Below, in pieces: positions 37,743-46,355 of a stretch of 51,083 nt of DNA (positions are counted from its first letter, which is position 1; every line of letters starts with the position of its first letter). Where the stretch lies: positions 1-51,083 of the forward strand of contig PXUB01000046.1 in NCBI GenBank assembly GCA_003009755.1, in the 5' to 3' direction. Below the pieces are notes generated by a model, which saw nothing but the letters and a program-made list of their open reading frames with translations, made no database searches and had not been told where the DNA came from. The translations under genes and the position numbers were made by a program. This DNA comes from Thermoplasmatales archaeon SW_10_69_26. Lineage in GTDB: Archaea; Thermoplasmatota; SW-10-69-26.

Positions 37743-39490
37743 CCCTGCACCCCCGTGAGCTCGTGAAGCACGACGCGGTGGCGGGGGCTGATCTCCTCCG
37801 AGCACCAGCTGTCGACGACGCGCCAGTCCTCGCTCTCGAGGAACGAGGCGTCGGCGTCGGGGTGCTCGTTGCGCAGATGGCGGTCCTCGACGACGTACAG
37901 GGGCTGGCCCTCCTCGCGGGCCAACGTCATCGCATCCTTGCGTTCGCGCTCGTCGACCCAGAACGTTTCCTTGTACCACACGCGGTCGGGGTTCTCGGTG
38001 ACGGCGGAGAGCACGATCGCGGGCCGCCAGTCGCCGCCGACGACGACGGCGTCGGGATCCTGCTCGGCGACCTCGGAGACGTCGTGCATGGCCTCCATCT
38101 CGCAGGGCTCGTACAGGCGGTACCAGCCGTCGGCGTAGTGGCTGGGCGTGCCGGCGAAGACGGCCCCGCCGAGGCTGCCGGCGACGAGCAGGACGGGCGC
38201 CATCGCGACGACGGGGCGCTCGAGCGCGCCTTGCACCGGCGAGGGCTTGGCAACGTGGTCCTCCCAGGCGACGCGGGCCCATCGGGCGAAGTGGCCGCCG
38301 GCGACGCCGACGAGCAGGACCAAGCCCATGCCGAGGTAGACGACGGTGCGGTGGGGCCAGTAGGGGCTGCCCAGCGGGTTGTACATCACCAGCGGGTAGG
38401 TGGCGGTCGCGATCGCGCCGGCCAGGTAGGCCAACCGGCCAGCCATGAACGGCAACAGGACGAAGGCGAGCGCGGCCAGGCCCAGCAGCGGCCAGCCGAG
38501 CATGCGCGGGGGATCGACCAGCAGCGGGAGGCCGCCGGCGAGGGCGGGCCAGGTGACGCCGACGAGGGCGAGCGCGAGCACGAGGCTGACGCCCGCGCGC
38601 AGCCACACCGGTCGCGGCCCGGCGTCGCGTTCGGGCAGCCAGCGCTCGAGGTTGTCGGACTGCACGACGAGGAACACCGCCGGCAGGAAGCTGAGCACGA
38701 GGACGAGCGGGGCGATCATCGTGAACAGGTTCCCGTAGGGCAGGATGCCGCCGAACCCGGGGCCACAGAAGCCGGCGCAGGTGGACAACACCAAGCCCAA
38801 GCTGCCGCCGACGACGGCGAGCGCGGCCGCGAACCCTGGGGAGGATAGCCGCGGCGAGCGCGTGGTCGGCCAGGGGAGCACCAGGGCGAACACCGCGAAC
38901 ACGACGCCGGTCAGCGCCAGCAGGCCGTACAGCCACGGGTGGGCGAACACGAGGAACACGGCCAACGGGGCCGCGATGCCGACCCAGGCCAGCTTGCCCT
39001 CCAACACCTCCAGCAAGGCGAAGAACAGGAACGGGAGCAGCGCCAGGTCGACGGCCGTGGGGGCCATCATCGTGGTGCGGTGGATCAGCTCGGGCGCCAG
39101 CGCCATCGCGAGCGTGCCGACGAACGCTGCCACGCGGCCGGCGTGCTTCCACAAGAGGACCGCCGTGCCGATCATAGCCAGGGCACCGAGCAGGACCGGC
39201 GAGAACCGGACGAGCTGGTACAGGTCGACCCCGGTGAAGGTCCACAACGCGGCCACGAGGGCGTGCATGCCCGGTGGGTAGAGGCCGCCGGGTGGGTTCA
39301 GCGGGTCCAGGGTCCCGGTGAGCAGGTGCTCCTTGACGAGCACCATATGGGTGAAGGGATCCTCGGCGGGCAACACGGGGGTGGACAGCGGGTCGCTGAG
39401 GCGGAGCAAGGCTCCCAGGGCGATCGCGAGGGCCACCGGGACGGCGCCGATGAGGTGGGCTGGGTCAAGGTTACGAAGCGCCCCTTTCAT
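37739..39490 (-). CDS. Polytopic GT-C-fold membrane glycosyltransferase candidate
   Basis: N-terminal TM then AEDPFTH and YPPGMHAL loop motifs, about 13 TM helices, external C-terminal domain; coupled to the Dol-P GT2. Confidence 0.65.
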   Translation of the reverse strand: MKGALRNLDPAHLIGAVPVALAIALGALLRLSDPLSTPVLPAEDPFTHMVLVKEHLLTGTLDPLNPPGGLYPPGMHALVAALWTFTGVDLYQLVRFSPVLLGALAMIGTAVLLWKHAGRVAAFVGTLAMALAPELIHRTTMMAPTAVDLALLPFLFFALLEVLEGKLAWVGIAAPLAVFLVFAHPWLYGLLALTGVVFAVFALVLPWPTTRSPRLSSPGFAAALAVVGGSLGLVLSTCAGFCGPGFGGILPYGNLFTMIAPLVLVLSFLPAVFLVVQSDNLERWLPERDAGPRPVWLRAGVSLVLALALVGVTWPALAGGLPLLVDPPRMLGWPLLGLAALAFVLLPFMAGRLAYLAGAIATATYPLVMYNPLGSPYWPHRTVVYLGMGLVLLVGVAGGHFARWARVAWEDHVAKPSPVQGALERPVVAMAPVLLVAGSLGGAVFAGTPSHYADGWYRLYEPCEMEAMHDVSEVAEQDPDAVVVGGDWRPAIVLSAVTENPDRVWYKETFWVDERERKDAMTLAREEGQPLYVVEDRHLRNEHPDADASFLESEDWRVVDSWCSEEISPRHRVVLHELTGVQG

Positions 39491-39634
39491 GGCCGTGGTT
39501 CTATCGCGGACGGCTAAAGGGGGTGTTGGGACGACCATCGGTAGAGCCTTGCTACGTGGTGGGGATGGCGGTTCGAGCGCTCGCGCGCTGGGACGATCGT
39601 GGTGGAACCCTGATGGGGCGAGGGCCGGCTGGTC

Positions 39635-40111
39635 GTGGACGTGAGCCCTCGAGACCGCCTCGACCGTGGGGACGACGTTGCCGGAAGCGACGACGGTGGG
39701 CTCGCCCGCCTCAAGCGTTCGGCCGACATCCTCGTCGTCGTGGGCTTGGCGCTGGCGTCGGCGGCCGCCGCGGCCGTGTTGCCGGCCGGCAGCACGGCCC
39801 GGATCGTGTTGGCGGTGCCGATCGTGTTGCTGGCACCCGGGTACCTGCTTTTGCAGGCCCTGCTCGTGCCGACCCGGTCGCGGCGCGAGCGCGGCCGCCA
39901 CCTGCTGTTCAGTCTGGGCCTGAGCCCGGCGCTCGTCGGCCTGCTGGCCCTGTCGACCGCGATCGTCCCCGGCGGGTTCAAGCGTGCCGTCATCGCGGCC
40001 GTCGTCACGGTCGGCTGCGTGGCCTTCGCCGGCGTGGGCCTCTGGCGCCGGTGGTCGACCGAGCGCGTGCTCGCCGGCGAGGACGAGGACGACGTGACGC
40101 ACACGGCGTGA
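39635..40111 (+). CDS. DUF1616-like membrane protein
   Basis: RIVLAVPIVLLAPGYLLLQAL...FSLGLS motif. Confidence 0.7.
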   Translation: MDVSPRDRLDRGDDVAGSDDGGLARLKRSADILVVVGLALASAAAAAVLPAGSTARIVLAVPIVLLAPGYLLLQALLVPTRSRRERGRHLLFSLGLSPALVGLLALSTAIVPGGFKRAVIAAVVTVGCVAFAGVGLWRRWSTERVLAGEDEDDVTHTA

Positions 40112-40330
40112 GGTATCGCCGGGGGCCAACCGTCCGCCCAGCAGCCTCGACGGTGGTCAGGGGTGGTTGCCCGCGGTCCTCCCCAGAGGGGTCGTCTCGT
40201 TCCTCGGCCGAGGGCGACCACGGGCGCTACACCCCACACTGAAACGTGGACGGACGGACATCTCTCTGGCGGGAAGATATCAACGTCCCGCTGCCTATAA
40301 CGACGGTGACCGAGCACGCTAGCGGTGCCG

Positions 40331-41155
40331 ATGGACCGAACCGGTCGAAGCCGCGGAAGCCGAGCCAGCACCGTGACCGTGCTCCTGATCGCCGCCACCC
40401 TCGCGCTGTGGGGGGCCGCCCCCGCGATCGCCTCCGCGGGGGTGGACTCGCCCGAGGCCTCACAGGTCGACGACGGAGGCGAGCCCTCCTGTGAGGACGA
40501 CGGGCTCGAGCTCTTCAACGACAACAATCAGTCCCAGCCGGAGATCAACGTGACCTGGGACGACGACGCCAAGGGGTTCTGCGTGGAGTCCTCGAAGGAG
40601 ATCTCCAACGTCTGGGTCGAGTTCTGCAGCGGGACCAAGCACAAGCACGACAACCTCGACGGCAAGGTGTACGACCACCGGGAGGACGAGGAGATCACCC
40701 GCATCTGGGTGAAAAGCGGCAACAACGGTCAGGAGGACAACCAGCCGCCCGGCGCCGGCGAGGAGTTCACCAACCCCCACGTCGAATGCGAACCCGGCGA
40801 CGAGTGCAGCGGGCCCGAGGACCTCGAAGGTGAGGCTCTCGAGACCGAGGCCAATCGCCTCAACTGGTCCTCTGTCGAGGACGCCCACGCGTACCACGTC
40901 TACCGGGCTGTCGAGAACGGGTCCTTCCAACGCATCGCGACGCTGAACGCGACCCAGTACGTGGACGCCAACGTGACGGTGGACATCACGTACCACTACT
41001 TCGTCACGGCCTCGATCGGCCAGACGGAGACGGAGGGGTGCGTGAAGATCGAGGTCATCGCGATCCCGACCTTCCCGTCGGTGTTCACGGCAGCTGCCGC
41101 CTCGCTGGGCGGGCTGGCGTTGTACGGGACCTACCGCTACCGGAGCGACGACTGA
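40331..41155 (+). CDS. Secreted Cys-containing protein with FN3-like domain and IPTF-TM anchor
   Basis: Signal peptide; LNWSSV...YHVYRA...YVDANV...YHYFVTA; AIPTFPSV-TM-RYR tail. Confidence 0.72.
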   Translation: MDRTGRSRGSRASTVTVLLIAATLALWGAAPAIASAGVDSPEASQVDDGGEPSCEDDGLELFNDNNQSQPEINVTWDDDAKGFCVESSKEISNVWVEFCSGTKHKHDNLDGKVYDHREDEEITRIWVKSGNNGQEDNQPPGAGEEFTNPHVECEPGDECSGPEDLEGEALETEANRLNWSSVEDAHAYHVYRAVENGSFQRIATLNATQYVDANVTVDITYHYFVTASIGQTETEGCVKIEVIAIPTFPSVFTAAAASLGGLALYGTYRYRSDD

Positions 41156-41169
41156 GGGCCACCTCCGTG

Positions 41170-41203
41170 CCCGGCGGCGCTGCCGCCGGGTTCTCTTCTT
41201 GTC
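41170..41203 (+). terminator. Hairpin terminator between convergent genes
   Basis: CCCGGCGGC-gct-GCCGCCGGG followed by TTCTCTTCTTGT. Confidence 0.55.
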
Positions 41204-41223
41204 TGTTCGTCGACCTGGGCCGC

Positions 41224-43185
41224 CTAGGACGGTTCGCCGGGTTCCTGGGTCGACTCCATGCCGACGGTCTCGGGCGGCGGCGCCACCTCGAACTCGACCC
41301 AGTCCTCGGGCTCGGCGTCCTGCAGGGGGATGCCGTCGAACTCGGCCGGCTCCAGCGTCCGGTAGGAGAGGTAGGCGTACGTCGGAGCCGAGAGGAAGAA
41401 CAGACCGTACAGCGTCAGCCATCCCGCCAGGAACGCGGTCCCGATCGCCTCGGGATCGGGGCGGACGAGCGTGGCGTTGACGGCGGCGACGGCGACGAGC
41501 ACGATCCCCATGACGGTCTCGAACGTCGTCAACCGGATCGAACGCAGCAGCGCTCCCGAGCGGGACAGATCCTGGCCCAGGCCCTTGGGGGTGCGCACGA
41601 ACGGCGTGCTGAAGCCGAGCATGTACTTCAGCGTCGCCGCGACGTTCGTGATCTTGATCGAGAACCACATCCCCTGCACGAGCAACGAGTCCCACACGCG
41701 CACGTCGTCGGCTTGGCGCAACACCAGGTGCAACCGGACGATGCTGTCGACGAACAGGGCGATCGGGACCAACGTCAACAGCAACAGCTCGCGCTGGTGG
41801 TGGGTGACGGCGTCGTAGCCGATGACGGGTCCCAAGCCCATGTACAGCAAGGCGAGGGCGATCGCGGTGACGAACAGGCCGTCGAACCAGTGGAGGTTCG
41901 AGACCATGAAGTCGACCTTCTGGCGGCGGCTCATGTCCGAGCGGAGGATCGCCTTGGCCCGCGAGAACAGGATCTTGACGTTGCCGAACGCCCACCGATG
42001 GAACTGGCTTTTGTAGGCCTCGAACACGGCCGGCATCAAGCCCTCGCCGAAGGACTCGTCCACGTACAACGAATCCCAGCCGGCCGCGGCCAGGCGGACG
42101 CTGATCTCGGCGTCCTCGCAGATCTGATCCTCGGCGAACCCGCCCACGTCCTCGAGCGCGCTGCGGCGCATCATGCCCATCGTGCCGCAGAAGATGATCG
42201 CGTTCTGCTCGTTGCGCGAGGGCATGATGGCGTGGTAGAAGTACGCCTCTGCGCGCTTGTACTGGCGCGTGAGGAACGACTCGTCCTCGTTGCGGTAGTC
42301 CTGGGGCGTCTGGACGAAGCTGATGTTCGGGTCGGCGAAGTACCCGACGATCGACTTCGCGTAGTCGGGTTCCACCCAGTAGTCGGCATCGATGACCGAC
42401 ACCAGCTCGTAGGTGGGCGGCAGGCGCGCGATCGCGTGGTTCAACGCGCCGGCCTTGAAGCCCTCGCGCTCCTCGCGGGTGACGTGTTGGGCGCCGGCGC
42501 GCTCGCAGAAGGCCTTCAGCTCCCGGCGAGCCTCGGGATCGTCGCTGTCGTCGATGACGACGACGGTGAACCGGTCGCTGGGGTAGTCCTGGCGGACGAG
42601 GTGGGCGACGGTCTGCTGCACGAGCTCCACCGGCTCGTTGTAGACCGGCACCAGGAACGCGAGCTTGGGTTGCAGCATCGGATCCCACTCGCGGACCTCC
42701 GCCAGGCGGGTCCAGCGCCGCCGCGTGGCAGCGTCGAGGCTGTAGAAGCTGAAGATCACGATGAGGGGGAGGCCGCCGGTCTCGGCGGCGAGCAACAGGT
42801 AGCTGAGCCAGCGTTCGCCGGGCGGGACCTGCGGGATCGAGACGGTGACCGAGTAGACCAGGAACCCGACGATCAACGAGACGAGCCCGAAGTAGCTAAG
42901 CAGGCCGGCCCCCCGCCAGCGGTAGCGGGCCACAGCGACCCCCATCGCGGCGCCGGCCCCGACGAGCACGACCAGCCAGGGCGTCAGCTCTTGGAAGGGA
43001 TGCAACAGCTCGTAGGGCAGCTGGCTGAAGGAGGCCTCCGCGATGACCGGAGCTGCCATCAGCAACGCACCCAGACCGTAGGTCAGCAACCCGAAGATGC
43101 CGCCGGTCACTGCCCCGAGGAGCCACCGCCAGGCCCGCAACCAGAGAGGGTCGAGGGACGAAGCGGGGTCCGGGCTCGGGGTCAC
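41224..43185 (-). CDS. Processive GT2 glucan synthase (NdvB/BcsA-like)
   Basis: PVYNE, IDDSD, GFKAGALN, IDADY, VQTPQDY, IIFCGT, ICED, QFHRW (QxxRW), FVRTPK; N- and C-terminal TM bundles; no PilZ or fused GH seen. Confidence 0.9.
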   Translation of the reverse strand: MTPSPDPASSLDPLWLRAWRWLLGAVTGGIFGLLTYGLGALLMAAPVIAEASFSQLPYELLHPFQELTPWLVVLVGAGAAMGVAVARYRWRGAGLLSYFGLVSLIVGFLVYSVTVSIPQVPPGERWLSYLLLAAETGGLPLIVIFSFYSLDAATRRRWTRLAEVREWDPMLQPKLAFLVPVYNEPVELVQQTVAHLVRQDYPSDRFTVVVIDDSDDPEARRELKAFCERAGAQHVTREEREGFKAGALNHAIARLPPTYELVSVIDADYWVEPDYAKSIVGYFADPNISFVQTPQDYRNEDESFLTRQYKRAEAYFYHAIMPSRNEQNAIIFCGTMGMMRRSALEDVGGFAEDQICEDAEISVRLAAAGWDSLYVDESFGEGLMPAVFEAYKSQFHRWAFGNVKILFSRAKAILRSDMSRRQKVDFMVSNLHWFDGLFVTAIALALLYMGLGPVIGYDAVTHHQRELLLLTLVPIALFVDSIVRLHLVLRQADDVRVWDSLLVQGMWFSIKITNVAATLKYMLGFSTPFVRTPKGLGQDLSRSGALLRSIRLTTFETVMGIVLVAVAAVNATLVRPDPEAIGTAFLAGWLTLYGLFFLSAPTYAYLSYRTLEPAEFDGIPLQDAEPEDWVEFEVAPPPETVGMESTQEPGEPS

Positions 43186-43706
43186 GGTGCCACATCACCC
43201 GTCCGGACCTCGAAGATGCACGCCCTCGTCTCTTCGGGGTGGCACGAGACCTGCACCACCTCGGTGCCCGGTAGGAACTCACCCAGCGACCGTTCGAGCG
43301 TGTCCTGCTTCCAATCGCATCCGCCGCGAGACCCGCCCGGTCGGCAGGCCAGCCCGTCGACGAGCACCAGCGCGTGCGGGCCGGGCATGCCGGTCACGAT
43401 CTGGGGGGTGCCGACGCCGGCGCGCGCCGCGGCCATCAACAACAGCTCCTGCACCGCCAGCCGGGACTCGGGCGCGGGGCCGACGTCGGCGGACTCGAGG
43501 CCGCCCGTCGTCCGCTTGCGGCGGGGGCCGACGCTGGGCGTGGGTGAGCCGCGGCGAAGCGGCGTCCGCCTGGCGGCGAGGGCGAACGTGAGCGACAGCA
43601 CGAGGACGGCCGTCCCACCGAGGACGAGGATCAATGACCCTTCCTCCGGTGGCAGCAACCGCCGGGGATCGGTGACGTCGACGAGGGCGATGGCGGCAGG
43701 AGTCAT
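43182..43706 (-). CDS. Single-TM protein with V4R-like Cys domain
   Basis: C...GGCDW...L...L...EVVQVSC...RACIFEV; stop overlaps the synthase start. Confidence 0.55.
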   Translation of the reverse strand: MTPAAIALVDVTDPRRLLPPEEGSLILVLGGTAVLVLSLTFALAARRTPLRRGSPTPSVGPRRKRTTGGLESADVGPAPESRLAVQELLLMAAARAGVGTPQIVTGMPGPHALVLVDGLACRPGGSRGGCDWKQDTLERSLGEFLPGTEVVQVSCHPEETRACIFEVRTGDVAP

Positions 43707-43939
43707 CGAGATCGCTCCTGGCAGGAACGCCGGCGAGCGGGCCGAGGGCAACTCCTCGGTGTTCGGGTAAGGGCTTGGAGGGACAGACGTCGGGCCGACC
43801 CGACCGCGCTGAGATGTTCGTCGCCGGCAAATGGCATGCGGGCTGCAGGGGATGGCACGGGCGCTGTCCCTGGACTCGCGCCCGGCCTCCCTCGTGGGAC
43901 GGCTGGATCCGGGTCCGGTGGACGGCGGAGGGTCGTCCC

Positions 43940-44239
43940 ATGACCGAGCAACGATGCGTCGTCTGCGAACGTGTTGGCCCCGACCGGCAACGGATCGAGA
44001 ACGAGGACACCGGCGAACAGGTGAGCATCTGCTGGGAGTGCCTGCGCTCCCGCATGCGCGCCCGAGCCGACGCCTCCGACGAACGCGCCCGCCGCCTGCT
44101 CTCCCGCGACGCCGAGCGCTTCGGTTGGCACCTGTGGCGGACGGCGACCGTGGTCTACCTGTTGCCGCCGATCGAGGACGCCAGCGTCGAGGACGCCGAG
44201 GGCGACCCCGAGCCCGTGGTCGATGTCACCCATGGGTGA
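43940..44239 (+). CDS. Small CxxC-x17-CxxC zinc-finger protein
   Basis: CVVC...CWEC; GGAGG SD before ATG. Confidence 0.55.
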   Translation: MTEQRCVVCERVGPDRQRIENEDTGEQVSICWECLRSRMRARADASDERARRLLSRDAERFGWHLWRTATVVYLLPPIEDASVEDAEGDPEPVVDVTHG

Positions 44240-44444
44240 ACACCGGCCGACCGGGTCGACATGTTCGGAGCTGGGAAGGAACATCCCCGCTGCGGCGTTG
44301 TGGGGACGTGATGCAGCGATCTTGCAGCCCGCGGTCTCGGTCGAGCCCCGCCCACGGGGACGAGGACGGCTCGCGAGGGCCGCCCGACGCCTCGCTATCG
44401 GCCCGGCCTCGAGGGCCTGGTTCCGCCGGGAGGCCTGATCGCGG

Positions 44445-46355
44445 ATGATGGCCCTGCTGTCCGGCAACTCGCGGCTGCTGTTGACGATCGACGAGCGCGG
44501 TGGCTGGGAGCAGCTGTACTACCCGCACCCGGGCCTGCAACGCCAGCTCCACAGCGCCCGGCTGGGCCTGTACGACACCGACACCGAGGAGATCGCCTGG
44601 GTCGACCGCGAGGGCGCCCCGCCCGCCGAGATGGGTTACATCGAGGATTCGAACGCCGCCCGCGTCGTCACCGAACGCCAGGGCCTCGAGGTCACCGTCG
44701 ACAGCATGGTGCACCCCGAGCTGGACCTGGTGATCCGACGCATCGAGCTCGACAACCCCGGCCGGGCGCCGCGAGAGATGCGGGTGTTCCACTACCAGAC
44801 CTTCGACATGGCCCAGCGCCTGTACCAGGACACCGCGTACTGGGACGACGAGCGCGGTGTCATCACCCACTACAACCGAGGGTCTTTCTTCCAGCTCGTC
44901 GGCCAGCCCGGCTTCGACGGGTTCACATGCGGCGAGCACACCCTGCGCGGGCTCGAGGGCAGCTACGTCGACGCCGAGGACGGCGAGCTCGAGGCCAACC
45001 CGATCACGCACGGCGCCGCCGACAGCATCGTGCAGTGGAACCTCGAGGTCCCCCCGGGCGAGGCACGCGACGTCCACCTGCTCGGGCTGGCCGGCCGCTC
45101 GCGCGAGGACGTCCACGAGCTGTACGACCGGGTGACCGGCCGCCCCGCCGAGCTGTTCACGCGGGAGACCGTCGGCTACTGGAACCACTGGGTCGAGAAC
45201 CGGCGCGTGGAGCCGACGAGCAAGCTGTCGACGGACGCCCGCGAGGTCTACCGGCGCAGCCTGTACGTCCTGAACGACTGCCAAAGCGAGGACGGCGCGA
45301 TCATCGCCTCCCCGGACTCGCGCACGCTGAAGTGGGGCGGCGACACGTACTGCTACTGCTGGTGGCGCGATGGCGCCTTGATCTCGCGCGCTCTGGGCGA
45401 GGTCGGCCTCCATCGCGACGCGATCGCCTTCCTGCGGTTCGCCGCCAAGTGCCAGGAGCCGGAGGGCTACTTCCAGCACCGCCACTACCCCGACGGCTCC
45501 GTGGGCTCCACCTGGCACCCGCCGCCGTTCCTGCAGATCGACCAGACAGCGAGCGTGATCAACGCTGTGCGGCACTACTACCGGTGCTCGGGCGTGTTGG
45601 ACGAGCTGCCACCCTGCTGGGAGCTGGTGCGCCGCGCCGCCGACTTCCTGATGGCGTTCGTCGACGAGGACGGGCTGCCCGAACCCAGTTGGGACCTGTG
45701 GGAGGAACGCGAAAGCGTCAACACGTACAGCGTGGCGACCGCGATCCAGGGGCTGCGCAGCGCGGCCGAGATCGGGCAGGCGCTGGCCAAGCGCACCGAG
45801 TACTGGGAGACCGCGGCCGACCGCATGGAGGAGATCGCGCTCGACGAGCTGTGGAACCCCGACCGCGGCACCTTCTACAAGAGCGTCCGCCCCGAGGACG
45901 AGACCGTCGACGCCTCCTCGCTGCTGGCGCTGCTCACCGGGCTGGTGAACCCCGAGGACCGCCGCTTCGAGACGGTGGTCGACACGGTCGAGGACGTGCT
46001 CTGGGTCGAACCGACCGGCGGCATCGCGCGCTACGAGGGCGACGATTACTACGGCCACGAGAACGCCTGGATCATCTGCACGCTGTGGCTGGCGCGCTGC
46101 CACCTCCAGCTGGGCAACGACGACCGCTGCCGCGAGCTGATCGAGTGGGTGACCTCGCAGGCGAGCCCGACGGGCCTGTTGCCCGAGCAGGTCGACCGCC
46201 GCACCGGCCAGCACACGAGCGTGACCCCGCTGGTGTGGAGCCACTCGACGTTCCTGGAGACCGTGAACGCGTACACCTGGCACCGTGAGGATCCCCAGAT
46301 GCTCGCCCAGCCGGCCGCATCGGAACCGCTCGCGGGGGAGACGCAGGTACGATGA
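44445..46355 (+). CDS. GH15 glucoamylase-like hydrolase
   Basis: GAIIASP, YCWWRDG, QIDQT, WDLWEE, LPEQVD, PLVWSH. Confidence 0.92.
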   Translation: MMALLSGNSRLLLTIDERGGWEQLYYPHPGLQRQLHSARLGLYDTDTEEIAWVDREGAPPAEMGYIEDSNAARVVTERQGLEVTVDSMVHPELDLVIRRIELDNPGRAPREMRVFHYQTFDMAQRLYQDTAYWDDERGVITHYNRGSFFQLVGQPGFDGFTCGEHTLRGLEGSYVDAEDGELEANPITHGAADSIVQWNLEVPPGEARDVHLLGLAGRSREDVHELYDRVTGRPAELFTRETVGYWNHWVENRRVEPTSKLSTDAREVYRRSLYVLNDCQSEDGAIIASPDSRTLKWGGDTYCYCWWRDGALISRALGEVGLHRDAIAFLRFAAKCQEPEGYFQHRHYPDGSVGSTWHPPPFLQIDQTASVINAVRHYYRCSGVLDELPPCWELVRRAADFLMAFVDEDGLPEPSWDLWEERESVNTYSVATAIQGLRSAAEIGQALAKRTEYWETAADRMEEIALDELWNPDRGTFYKSVRPEDETVDASSLLALLTGLVNPEDRRFETVVDTVEDVLWVEPTGGIARYEGDDYYGHENAWIICTLWLARCHLQLGNDDRCRELIEWVTSQASPTGLLPEQVDRRTGQHTSVTPLVWSHSTFLETVNAYTWHREDPQMLAQPAASEPLAGETQVR

